Positions 1 through 8,523 are shown, counted from the stretch's first letter. The stretch is 32,778 nt of DNA from a virus (IMGVR_UViG_3300031539_000172:1-32778); one strand, 5' to 3'. The notes: generated from the sequence alone by a model not told the origin. Numbers and translations are program-made.

Positions 1-177
1 GATACGGCGGGTTCCTGGGGATCAACGGGAACGAACCAGCGTCACTATCTGACGCGTGTGTTTTATCGGACCCTTTCAGCGCAGTCCTACACGTTCACGC
101 TGGACTACAACGCTGAGTTTGGGGGCAACGAGGCGTCCATTTGGGATGCCTCCATGACCCTCTGGAGGATGAGCTAA
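1..177 (+). CDS. 3' end of a beta-rich putative virion/fibre protein (partial)
   Basis: Frame 1 is open from base 1 (DTAGSWGST...YTFTLDYNAEFGGNEASIWDASMTLWRMS) to TAA at 175-177, just before the next ATG at 179. Confidence 0.6.
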   Translation, partial: DTAGSWGSTGTNQRHYLTRVFYRTLSAQSYTFTLDYNAEFGGNEASIWDASMTLWRMS

Positions 178-178
178 A

Positions 179-1282
179 ATGGCCGCTACCAACTACACGT
201 ACAGCGTTGCAACGGATACCGCGAACGCCAAAGTTCATCCTAAGAGTCTCGATCAAGAGATCCGTGCGTCGGCCATTGTCATCGCACTCGAGGGTGTGGG
301 CCAGAGCCTCGACGTTCTCACGATCACGATGAAGGATGCCCTTTCCACGGGCGATGAAACGATCCTCGATGGGGTGATCGCCGCTCACCAGGGGACCGTG
401 GCTGTCAACCTTCCACTCCCTACAAATCGAAAAGGTGTTCCAATCGTGATGAACGATTGGCGTGCGGGGACGCCAACGGATTTCATCACGTTTAACTGGT
501 GCGACAAGACGACGTGGTTCGGAGATGCCGCTCGCGTGACGGATGAGGCACTCTCTGACTCAGGGGATGGTTTGACGTGGAACTCGGCGCAGACCTTTTG
601 GATCTGCGTCACCTGCGGGAAAATCCCCCAAGAGCACCGTCTCACCGAAACGCATGGGACGATCATCAAAGTCGATTCCGCGACGATGACGGAGAACCCT
701 CAAGGGACTACGGACGGGGACTACTCCGTCAACTACGACACAGGGGATGTGACATTCAACGCGAGTCAAGCGGGCAAGACGGTCGAAGCGACTTACAGCT
801 ACGCTGTGACCTCCACCATCTACATCACGCCTGATGCGACTAGGACGCTCCGGCTGACGGCGGTTGAGGTGCAGTTCTCGGACGACATCGACCTTACGGA
901 CTCGGTGCAATTCGACATCGAGGGCTACATTCACGCGTTCGTCCCCGGGATTACGGTGGACGACGTGACCCCCAACTACACGACTTCGTTCCCGACCGGG
1001 TTTCGCATTCCGTTGGGTTCTCCTCGTATCTACAAGACCATGATGGACTTCATCGCGGAAGCCCAACGCGCGTACCCCATGATCCCGGCGCTCGGAGGGG
1101 CCTCGTGGCGCGGTCTCATCAAGCCCGTCTATGTGATGCGTTGGCCTTACCAAGAGGACGCAACTCGCGACCTCGTGGCCGACATGGGGATGCGGATCAG
1201 GATCAAACTCCAAAACGACATTCCGTTCGGTGGCACCCATGCCATCGCCACCCTCTACGCTGTTTCCACGAACGGCTCATAA
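179..1282 (+). CDS. Putative virion structural protein (367 aa)
   Basis: Thr/Asp-rich beta protein containing DYSVNYDTGDVTF...VEATYSY, a motif type that recurs in the tail proteins here. Its N-terminal ~75 aa are paralogous to those of 1292..1894. Confidence 0.6.
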   Translation: MAATNYTYSVATDTANAKVHPKSLDQEIRASAIVIALEGVGQSLDVLTITMKDALSTGDETILDGVIAAHQGTVAVNLPLPTNRKGVPIVMNDWRAGTPTDFITFNWCDKTTWFGDAARVTDEALSDSGDGLTWNSAQTFWICVTCGKIPQEHRLTETHGTIIKVDSATMTENPQGTTDGDYSVNYDTGDVTFNASQAGKTVEATYSYAVTSTIYITPDATRTLRLTAVEVQFSDDIDLTDSVQFDIEGYIHAFVPGITVDDVTPNYTTSFPTGFRIPLGSPRIYKTMMDFIAEAQRAYPMIPALGGASWRGLIKPVYVMRWPYQEDATRDLVADMGMRIRIKLQNDIPFGGTHAIATLYAVSTNGS

Positions 1283-1291
1283 GGACTCACC

Positions 1292-1894
1292 ATGGCTACC
1301 ACCTTCCACTACAGCATCCAAAACGACTTCCCCAACCAAGCGGTTGACCTCTCCGTCCTCACGGTCGAGATTGAGGAGTCTACGATCACGGCCACGCTCA
1401 ACGGTATCAACGTCAACGGGGATGACTGCGAGATCGTGTTCGCTACGGATTTGTCTGGGCCCGAGGTGACCACACTCAACCAGATCGTGGCCACCCACAC
1501 AGGCATCCCGTTCAACAACAGTGCTCAACGGGTCAACGCTATCGCAGCCCAGGACAACACCACGAACACTTGGCAGTCGGCGGCCATTCTGAATGCAGAC
1601 CCCGTGGGAGGGGAGGAGTACACGTTGTCCTTCTACTGCGAACTACGAGTGACCGGCGGCAACAACAGCTCCCAAGCGCAGTTTCAAGTTCTCTTGGATG
1701 GGTCTGATGTGGCGAGCGGCGGGGTCGAAGCAATCACCTTCTTCGACTGCCGGAGCGGGAGTCTCGTCATCAACACCTCCCGCGGGTCGAGCCCTGTCAT
1801 TGACCTCCAGTTTCGACAAAACCAGGGAGCTGCAACGACGGCACAGGTTCGCCGGGTGCGCTTGGCGATCGTTCCTGTTGGGGAACCAGCATGA
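1292..1894 (+). CDS. Putative virion/fibre-associated protein (200 aa)
   Basis: AAGGA RBS; shared N-terminal module with 179..1282; beta-sandwich-like C-terminus. Confidence 0.6.
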   Translation: MATTFHYSIQNDFPNQAVDLSVLTVEIEESTITATLNGINVNGDDCEIVFATDLSGPEVTTLNQIVATHTGIPFNNSAQRVNAIAAQDNTTNTWQSAAILNADPVGGEEYTLSFYCELRVTGGNNSSQAQFQVLLDGSDVASGGVEAITFFDCRSGSLVINTSRGSSPVIDLQFRQNQGAATTAQVRRVRLAIVPVGEPA

Positions 1895-2451
1895 CCGCCG
1901 CTTTCCCAGATTTGGTCTTCGTAGCGATCCAGACCACTGGGTCGGACGTGAACAAAGACCTCATTGTCGACATTGCCATCGTGGCAGAAGACGGCACGAC
2001 GGTGCTGAACACGGCCATCGCTCCGTGGAACCTCGAGGGCGAGCTCCCCGAAGAACTTGGGTACACCAAAGGTGACCTGGCTCCCAGTCCGCTTTTCGCG
2101 AAGCTGGCGCTCCAGATCCTCGGACTCCTGACGAGGCCCATCATCGCGGGGCACAACACTCAGTTTGCCATGCGGTTCATCGACCACTTCCTTCGCGCAT
2201 CTTTTACGGATGCAGGGGAGGATGTGGACGAGTTGATGGGGCGCCTCTCCACCAAGTTCCTCGATACCGTCACGTTGTCGCACGAGCAGATCGGGAAGAT
2301 GGGGTTGGAGGAGGCCATGCAGTACCTGCGCCTTCCGTACCAGCCCAACCATTCATCTCTTGAGGACGCGCGAGCATCGAGAACCCTCTACCAGAAGCTG
2401 TCTCGTGCGAGCGCTTGGCAGCGATGGTGGTGGAAACGGAGAGCTCCCTGA
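1891..2451 (+). CDS. DnaQ/DEDDh 3'-5' exonuclease-fold protein, catalytically degenerate
   Basis: ExoI-like VFVAIQTTG, ExoII-like AGHNTQFAMRF, LDT motif, ExoIII HSSLEDA. ATGA overlap with the upstream gene. Confidence 0.8.
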   Translation: MTAAFPDLVFVAIQTTGSDVNKDLIVDIAIVAEDGTTVLNTAIAPWNLEGELPEELGYTKGDLAPSPLFAKLALQILGLLTRPIIAGHNTQFAMRFIDHFLRASFTDAGEDVDELMGRLSTKFLDTVTLSHEQIGKMGLEEAMQYLRLPYQPNHSSLEDARASRTLYQKLSRASAWQRWWWKRRAP

Positions 2452-2792
2452 TGAATGACACCAAGGAGTTACGGGAAGCAGATAAAACGCTCGCCAAGCG
2501 GGCGTGGCAGCTCGTCTGGAACCGCAAGACGCCTTTCTTTGCGACCTTCGGTGTTGCCGTGGTGTTCAGCGTGCGAGCGCTCGTGTGCGGCTACGCCGAG
2601 CCGTACCCGTCCGGTTTGGACTTTGAGTGGTACGGGGAGCACTGCGGCCCTGGTCACGGTACGGGGGGCGTTGCTGTCGATGAACTTGACGAAGCCTGCC
2701 AACGCCACGACGAGGCGTACAAGAAAGCCAAAAATCCTTCTGAACTTCACGAAACACCGACCGCCGGTGACTCTCCTATGCCAACCCCGTAG
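2451..2792 (+). CDS. Phospholipase A2-like protein with N-terminal hydrophobic segment
   Basis: YGEHCGPG Ca-loop-like motif and VDELDEACQRHDEAY catalytic helix. Start taken at ATG 2451, which overlaps the upstream TGA. Confidence 0.75.
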   Translation: MNDTKELREADKTLAKRAWQLVWNRKTPFFATFGVAVVFSVRALVCGYAEPYPSGLDFEWYGEHCGPGHGTGGVAVDELDEACQRHDEAYKKAKNPSELHETPTAGDSPMPTP

Positions 2793-2831
2793 GTGAGCCC
2801 TGGGCTCATCCTCAAGCCACGGAGGCTCAAA

Positions 2832-3194
2832 ATGCCATCCCGCAACGAAGCACAAACCTGGGAGTACCTGAGAGGCGATCTCGAGGCCCGCCGTTCCTTG
2901 CTGACGGATCTTCGCAACGACCACGCTGGAGATCAGATGAAGCAAGCGCAGAGCATCATCCTGCGTTACCTCGAGGCCATGCCTGCACAGGACACCATCG
3001 ACATGTCTTCGATGGCGAATGACATCAGCCGTCATTGGCCGTTTCATGGCGAAGGAGAAGCCTTTTTCCGAAGCGCCGTGGACGCGCTCAAGAAGGACGG
3101 CTGGATCAAGGAAACCAAGGGCGAGCTCGAACTCGACAAAGTAGCTCGCGTCACGCGCCGGTTCATGGCTTCGGCCATCGCCAAGGCTCGTTAG
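2832..3194 (+). CDS. Winged helix-turn-helix-like protein
   Basis: GGAGG at 2821 before ATG 2832. IILRYLEAM...MSSMANDI...FRSAVDALKKDGWIKETKGELEL fits a wHTH pattern. Confidence 0.55.
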   Translation: MPSRNEAQTWEYLRGDLEARRSLLTDLRNDHAGDQMKQAQSIILRYLEAMPAQDTIDMSSMANDISRHWPFHGEGEAFFRSAVDALKKDGWIKETKGELELDKVARVTRRFMASAIAKAR

Positions 3195-3205
3195 AGAGCC
3201 TATAG
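3191..3205 (+). promoter_or_regulatory. Candidate late-promoter motif TTAGAGAGCCTATAG
   Basis: Near-identical to TTAGTGAGCCTATA at 10883 and similar to motifs at 19794 and 9571, all at gene boundaries. Confidence 0.4.
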
Positions 3206-3226
3206 GGCTCCTTAAACAGGAAAGCC

Positions 3227-3520
3227 ATGCCCTCCACGTCTTCAGGGTCGTCGCCCACCTCCAAATTCCTCGACATTGCCATGAAGGTGCTGTCGGCTCT
3301 GGTGATCCCGTTGATCATCTGGGGCGTCAAGCTCGAGGTCACAAACGCGATCCAAGACGAACGCATCTCTGAGATTCAAGACGACCTGGACAAGCTGTCA
3401 AATGTGACCGAAGTGGTTCAAAGCAACACTTTGGCGCTAGTGCGGCTTGAGGGAAAACTCGACAACGTGGATGAGAAAATCGATGAGGTTAAGAAGCTAC
3501 TACGCGATCGCGGGCAGTAG
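3227..3520 (+). CDS. Single-TM coiled-coil membrane protein (holin-like or i-spanin-like)
   Basis: IAMKVLSALVIPLIIWGV hydrophobic helix followed by a heptad coiled coil (LVRLEGKLDNVDEKIDEVKKLL). Confidence 0.6.
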   Translation: MPSTSSGSSPTSKFLDIAMKVLSALVIPLIIWGVKLEVTNAIQDERISEIQDDLDKLSNVTEVVQSNTLALVRLEGKLDNVDEKIDEVKKLLRDRGQ

Positions 3521-4010
3521 CTTTTTGCTGCTCTCGATCTCCTGCCTGTCGCAGAGCCCGAAGCCGGAGGACCCTCCTGATCGGCTGGTCGAAGCTGTGG
3601 CTGACGCGAAAGCTGACAAAAAGGCTGACGCGAAAACCGACGAGAAGGCTGACGCGAAAGCTGACGAGGGCGACAGCGGAGAGGGTGTAGGCACTGACGA
3701 TGGTGGTGGGCCCCCTCCTGACGCTGCCGGGACCAAATTGAGCGATGGGTGTGACCGTGAAGAGATGCCGTTTGAGGGTGTGTGCACCCCGAAGGACCAA
3801 GTCCAGAAGGTCCTCGACATTCGCAAGGACGTAGCGCTCGAGAAGTACCAGAAGGCAGAGAGGCCTCAGCAGGCAGCACAGGCCGGTCATGAGTTGCTTG
3901 AGCAGCAGATTGCTCAAGGCGACAAGATGGAAGACGACCTGGACGAGATTATTGAAGTTCTTCGAGACGAGAAGCGCAAGAAGGACGGCCCCAAGAAGGG
4001 AGACTTCTGA
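3483..4010 (+). CDS. Putative lipoprotein/secreted protein (possible o-spanin)
   Basis: MRLRSYYAIAGSSFLLLSIS-C signal with a relaxed lipobox, Pro-rich linker, ADAK repeats, a Cys pair and a C-terminal coiled coil. Overlaps the previous gene by 38 nt out of frame. Confidence 0.55.
   Translation: MRLRSYYAIAGSSFLLLSISCLSQSPKPEDPPDRLVEAVADAKADKKADAKTDEKADAKADEGDSGEGVGTDDGGGPPPDAAGTKLSDGCDREEMPFEGVCTPKDQVQKVLDIRKDVALEKYQKAERPQQAAQAGHELLEQQIAQGDKMEDDLDEIIEVLRDEKRKKDGPKKGDF
3600..3668 (+). repeat. Coding tandem repeat (12/24-bp units, GCTGACGCGAAA; ADAK-ADKK-ADAK-TDEK-ADAK-ADE)
   Basis: GCTGACGCGAAA occurs three times at 24-bp spacing. Confidence 0.85.
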
Positions 4011-4306
4011 TGGACGCCTCGACCAAGGAGGCTATGGAGGCCCTCAAGGAAGCGGCAGTCTCCAAAGGCCATCGGGTCTACGAGTACACCGACCAAGATG
4101 GGAACATGCTCTGGTCGTTCCACCGGTTCCCGTCGATCATTACCCACAGTCGGACGCTCACCTTGGGAGACCGTGTTGGCGCGCCTTTCGACAGCTATCT
4201 TTCCGAACTCAGAGCCGTACGGCGCCTGATTGTAGAAGAGGAAAAAGAGAAGGAGCTGGGGCGTGCGGGTAGAGTGGCTCGAGACGGAGACACACATGGA
4301 AAATAA
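4010..4306 (+). CDS. Hypothetical protein (98 aa)
   Basis: TGATG coupling to the upstream gene with a GGAG RBS. Confidence 0.6.
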   Translation: MDASTKEAMEALKEAAVSKGHRVYEYTDQDGNMLWSFHRFPSIITHSRTLTLGDRVGAPFDSYLSELRAVRRLIVEEEKEKELGRAGRVARDGDTHGK

Positions 4307-4691
4307 CGAAACCACCCCCGAAACCGCCACTGAGACCCCTGACGCTCCGGTTACCCCCGAGCCCGCGCCCCCTGCGGAAGCACAGGCGCCGACGGACCCT
4401 TCCGTCATCGGCCGTATGACTCCCGAGGAGCACAACGGGATGATGAAGATTCGCGCGGAGTCGCAGCAGCTCCTGGCCAAGGTTGGTGAGCACGAGCTCT
4501 TGAAGCTCCGCATCATGGCTCGTGTCGAGGAACTCGATGAGCAGGGGCAAGGCCTCATCGCCGGTGTCACCAAGCGCCTCGGTCTCGATCCGGGCACCCA
4601 GTGGCACGGGATGCAAGACGGCACCATCCGACTGGTCAATCGACCCGCGGCGCCTCAGACTCCACCAGGAGGCGCTGACGCGTCTTCATGA
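4296..4691 (+). CDS. Hypothetical protein with acidic Pro-rich N-terminus and coiled coil
   Basis: GGAG RBS before ATG 4296. Confidence 0.6.
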   Translation: MENNETTPETATETPDAPVTPEPAPPAEAQAPTDPSVIGRMTPEEHNGMMKIRAESQQLLAKVGEHELLKLRIMARVEELDEQGQGLIAGVTKRLGLDPGTQWHGMQDGTIRLVNRPAAPQTPPGGADASS

Positions 4692-4705
4692 GGGGCAGGT
4701 AACGG

Positions 4706-6232
4706 ATGACGTGCATCAACAAAGGACAGGAGCCATGGGCCACTACACCGAACCCGCAAGGTCCGGCATCGTGCCCCCCTACGCCTCCTCCTGTTCCGCC
4801 GTCTCCGTGTCCTGATCCGTCACCAAGCCCGGGTCCTTTCGGTCCGGGCTGCGTGGGTTGGGAAGCCGGGCCAAATGATTGCCCGGCCCCACCCATCAAC
4901 GTCGAGGTCGTGTCCCCGCTCTTCACGGGGACACTCGACATTCGTTGGGACAATCCGGCCATTCTCGCCAAGAACGGGAAGTTCGATGTGGTGGGGGTCA
5001 ACATCTATCGCTCAGACACTTCCGAGCGCGGCCCCTATACGCGTCTGAACGCCACCCCGGTGGGGGGAACCTTCTACCGAGACTACACGGACAATGCGTT
5101 CGTGGAGAACGAAGTGGTGGACTGGGAAACGAGTTGGCTGCAACGGGGCGAGCAGGCCAACGACCGCAAGTGGCAGTTCCGAGTTCAGCACTACCCCGTC
5201 GTGAAGAAGTCAGGGCAGTCCATCGCGGCCGATACTCCAGGGGACGTCCAGCTCATCATCAACAACCAGATCATCCCTGTGAATGCGGTCTTCGGACCTA
5301 CTGGGGAAGTGACCCTGATCAACGTGCGTGGCTACAACTTCGCCACGGAGCGCTGGATCGAGCCCACGCTGCCCACGGGCCCTGAGACGGCGGTCTCGAT
5401 CAGCTACTACTGGAACAAGAACACAGTCAAGACCGACCTCGACGCGAAGGTCTGGTATCGCGTCACCACGGTGTCTCGAGACGCGGACTCTCCTACGGGA
5501 TTCCGTGAGACACCGATGGACTTCGCGCCGGCCGAGACGTTCCGACAAGTCGAACGCCTTGACTACATCTGGCGTGAGGCCATCCGTCGCAACAACTGGG
5601 TGCTCGAGCAAGGTGGAGAGCGCGTCAAGATCTTCATCAAGAAGACCAGCGGAGATCAGTGCTTCTGCGGCCGTGACCCACGGACCATGGAGTTCGGTCA
5701 ACAGCCTGACGCACGTTGTCAGGTCTGTTTCGGCACAAGCTTCATCGGCGGCTACGAAGGCCCTTACGACATGATCGTGGCGCCCGACGATGCGGAGCGC
5801 GCCATTCGGCAGTCCCCTACGGGTCGTCATGTCGAGCATCTCCAAGACGTGTGGACGGGGCCGAGCCCCATGCTCACGATGCGAGATTTCATCGTGAAGC
5901 AGACGGGGGAGCGTTACTCGATTGGGCCGGTGCGCAAGCCGTCGTCTCGCGGCAACGCGATGCAGCAACACTTCCAGATGAAGTACATCGAGGAGAACGA
6001 CATCCGGTACAAGATCCCGTTGTTCGACACGACGGAGCTGTGCTGGCCTGAGTGTCGCGGTCGTCCTGCCGTACTCCAAGGTGGTGCGTGGCAGACCGAG
6101 TACCCGCCGCTTGGCCCGTACCCTGTGGGCGCGGACTACCAGCAAACCCCCATGCAGACCGAGAAGGATGGTATCCCCGACGAGCGCGAGCAACGGGGAC
6201 GCACTCCGGTCTACGAAAACATAACGTACTGA
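4706..6232 (+). CDS. Head-closure/neck protein with FnIII-like domain and Zn finger
   Basis: LDIRWDNP...GVNIYRSD...YTRLN is FnIII-like. GGERVKIFIKK..CFC...CQVCFGTSFIGGY resembles the Zn finger in neck/stopper proteins of large myoviruses. Confidence 0.65.
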   Translation: MTCINKGQEPWATTPNPQGPASCPPTPPPVPPSPCPDPSPSPGPFGPGCVGWEAGPNDCPAPPINVEVVSPLFTGTLDIRWDNPAILAKNGKFDVVGVNIYRSDTSERGPYTRLNATPVGGTFYRDYTDNAFVENEVVDWETSWLQRGEQANDRKWQFRVQHYPVVKKSGQSIAADTPGDVQLIINNQIIPVNAVFGPTGEVTLINVRGYNFATERWIEPTLPTGPETAVSISYYWNKNTVKTDLDAKVWYRVTTVSRDADSPTGFRETPMDFAPAETFRQVERLDYIWREAIRRNNWVLEQGGERVKIFIKKTSGDQCFCGRDPRTMEFGQQPDARCQVCFGTSFIGGYEGPYDMIVAPDDAERAIRQSPTGRHVEHLQDVWTGPSPMLTMRDFIVKQTGERYSIGPVRKPSSRGNAMQQHFQMKYIEENDIRYKIPLFDTTELCWPECRGRPAVLQGGAWQTEYPPLGPYPVGADYQQTPMQTEKDGIPDEREQRGRTPVYENITY

Positions 6233-6235
6233 TGA

Positions 6236-6778
6236 ATGGCCAAATCCTCCGTCAAGCTCAAGATGACCCGCGGTACGACGTGGGTCAGTCTCAAGGAAAA
6301 AGACTTCCTCACTTCTGAGTTCATGGAGAAGCTTGGCGGGTTTCTCGTCGATACCATCATCTACGAAGCCCGCAAGGACCTAGCCAAGCAGGGCGGCAAA
6401 CCGACTGAGCGCGGAGCACCTGAGGGCATCCCGGCTTCCGAGCGGTTCTTCAAAAGTTTCCGTTATGAGGTCAAAGGGACCTCCATCGAGGTCTATTCGG
6501 ACTGGCCCTGGATCGAGCAGATCACCGAAGGGCGTAACGAATTCTCGATGGAATGGCTCACCCAGCAGCAGGGCGTCTCTCGCGTTCCAATGAAGGGGAA
6601 GCAGCCGGGTACAGTGCTTATCAAGAGTACTCCTGGCGGGCGCCAACAGCCTTGGATTCACCCAGGCTTCCGCAAGCACAATTTCATCCGACGTGGATAC
6701 GAGAAGGCACGGCGTAAGTTCGAGCAGGAGCTTAACAAGCAGATCGAAAAGGTCCTCAAGAAAACCCCCATCGTATGA
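6236..6778 (+). CDS. HK97 gp10-like neck/tail-completion protein
   Basis: FFKSFRYEV...VYSDWPWIEQITEG...HPGFRKHNFIRRG pattern; basic protein; position after the head-closure gene. Confidence 0.6.
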   Translation: MAKSSVKLKMTRGTTWVSLKEKDFLTSEFMEKLGGFLVDTIIYEARKDLAKQGGKPTERGAPEGIPASERFFKSFRYEVKGTSIEVYSDWPWIEQITEGRNEFSMEWLTQQQGVSRVPMKGKQPGTVLIKSTPGGRQQPWIHPGFRKHNFIRRGYEKARRKFEQELNKQIEKVLKKTPIV

Positions 6779-7503
6779 TCGAGGCGAAGATCATTTGCTC
6801 GCACCCGTGCGACATCCCCGATCTGGGGATTACCGGCCTCAAGCGTGGAGAGGAGCGTTGGGTATCCGTTGCGGCAGCACAGGCTTCGCGGGATCTCACC
6901 AAGGAGCAGGGGAAGGGCAACGTGCGCGTCTATAGGAAAGTCCGTCGTATGGAGACCGCTCCGCGTAGACCTGCCCCGCCGTTCGTGGCGGCTTCACGGC
7001 CACCTGTTCGAGAACGCGTACAGCCTGAGACCATCGAAAAACACATCGAGGTCGAGGTGGAGCGGATCGTTGAGTCCTCCGTCGATGTCGATGAGCTGGC
7101 TCGTAAAATTAAGGCTGAGATGCTGGGGGATCTCATTCCGAACTTGAAGGATGTGATCGCGCAGGAGGTAGGCAAGGCCCTGGCCGCCCAGAAGCCCGCA
7201 GAAGCTCCCGCTCCCGCGCAGCCGGGGCTTGACGCCTCCCAGCTTGAGAACGTCCTCGAGGGCGTCCTGAGGCGTGTGGGAGTGGGTGGTGGAGGCGCCC
7301 CCGGACAACAGGGATCGAGGGCTTCAGGGCCTGCCGATCCCTTGTTCATTCCCACGGACATCGTGGACAAGGCTGCGAAGGGTAAAATCACCGTGAAAAG
7401 CAAGGATTCCGAGGGCACCGACGATCTCGACGACGCCCAAGCCGCACTTCGTGAAATGAAGCGAGCTCGGCGCGGTAAAACGAAGGGCAACGAGGAGAAG
7501 TGA
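6775..7503 (+). CDS. Hypothetical protein (242 aa), possible partner of the actin-like ATPase
   Basis: ATGA overlap with the upstream gene; helical and low-complexity segments; ends 3 nt before the actin gene. Confidence 0.6.
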   Translation: MIEAKIICSHPCDIPDLGITGLKRGEERWVSVAAAQASRDLTKEQGKGNVRVYRKVRRMETAPRRPAPPFVAASRPPVRERVQPETIEKHIEVEVERIVESSVDVDELARKIKAEMLGDLIPNLKDVIAQEVGKALAAQKPAEAPAPAQPGLDASQLENVLEGVLRRVGVGGGGAPGQQGSRASGPADPLFIPTDIVDKAAKGKITVKSKDSEGTDDLDDAQAALREMKRARRGKTKGNEEK

Positions 7504-7506
7504 CCA

Positions 7507-8523
7507 ATGACCGAAGAACTTGAAGTTTCAACCCTGGGTGTGGGTCTCGACATGGGCACGATGAACATCGTGGCCGCGAGGCGGTCCCAAAAGGGAGTGG
7601 TCACCAATCGTATCCGCGATGCTTTCCATGTCCTGCCTCGTGAGAACAAGAAGATGCTCCGGCTCTCAGGTGTGAACTACATCGAGAAGGAGGAGGATCT
7701 CATCGTCGTCGGTGATGCGGCCTACGACATGGCGAACATGATGAGCCAAGAGGTTCGTCGTCCGCTCCAGTCGGGACTCATCGCCGCCGGAGAGATTGAT
7801 GCGCTCGACATTCTCGGTGTGCTCGTCAAGCACGTCCTCGGAGATCCAAAGGAAGACAACGAGATCTGCTACTTCTCGGTGCCTGCGGCTCCGGTGGATG
7901 ACCTGTCTCGGGACATTGTCTACCACCGTGGTGTTCTTGAACGCATCGTCACGGAGTGCGGCTACAAGGCATACCCAAGCAACGAAGCGCTGGCCATCAT
8001 CTACTCCGAGTGCGCCAAGGATGCGTTCTCTGGGATTTCGTTCTCCTTCGGCTCAGGCATGACGAACGTGGCGCTCGCCATCAACACCATCGAAGGTCTG
8101 AGCTTCTCGGTGGCTCGAGGTGGAGACTGGATCGATCACGGCGCAGCGAAGTCCACCGGCTCCACGCAAGCACGCATGTGTTCGTTGAAGGAGAAGGGGC
8201 TCAACTTGGTGAACCCGACCGACCGGGACCAGGAAGCGCTGTGCGTCTACTACAAGGCTCTGATCGAGTACGCCATCGACAACGTGGCGACGGAGTTCAA
8301 GAAGATCCAGAACAAGTTCTCGTTGCCCAAGGCGATTCCCATCGTGGTGTCCGGCGGAACGAGCAAGGCTGGTGGTTTTCTTGAGTTTTTCACGCAGGTG
8401 TTCAACGAAAAGAAGCGAAGGTTCCCGATCGAGGTCTCCGAGATTCGTGCGGCCAGGGAGCCTTTGGACGCCGTAGCACGCGGTCTTCTCGTACAAGCCC
8501 TGCAAGAGTACGAGGATGAGTAA
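7507..8523 (+). CDS. Actin-like ATPase (MreB/MamK superfamily, volactin-like)
   Basis: Phosphate-1 GLDMGTMNI, NEALA, phosphate-2 SFGSGMTN, RGGDWID, adenosine VVSGGTS, connect-2 AVARG. Confidence 0.9.
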   Translation: MTEELEVSTLGVGLDMGTMNIVAARRSQKGVVTNRIRDAFHVLPRENKKMLRLSGVNYIEKEEDLIVVGDAAYDMANMMSQEVRRPLQSGLIAAGEIDALDILGVLVKHVLGDPKEDNEICYFSVPAAPVDDLSRDIVYHRGVLERIVTECGYKAYPSNEALAIIYSECAKDAFSGISFSFGSGMTNVALAINTIEGLSFSVARGGDWIDHGAAKSTGSTQARMCSLKEKGLNLVNPTDRDQEALCVYYKALIEYAIDNVATEFKKIQNKFSLPKAIPIVVSGGTSKAGGFLEFFTQVFNEKKRRFPIEVSEIRAAREPLDAVARGLLVQALQEYEDE

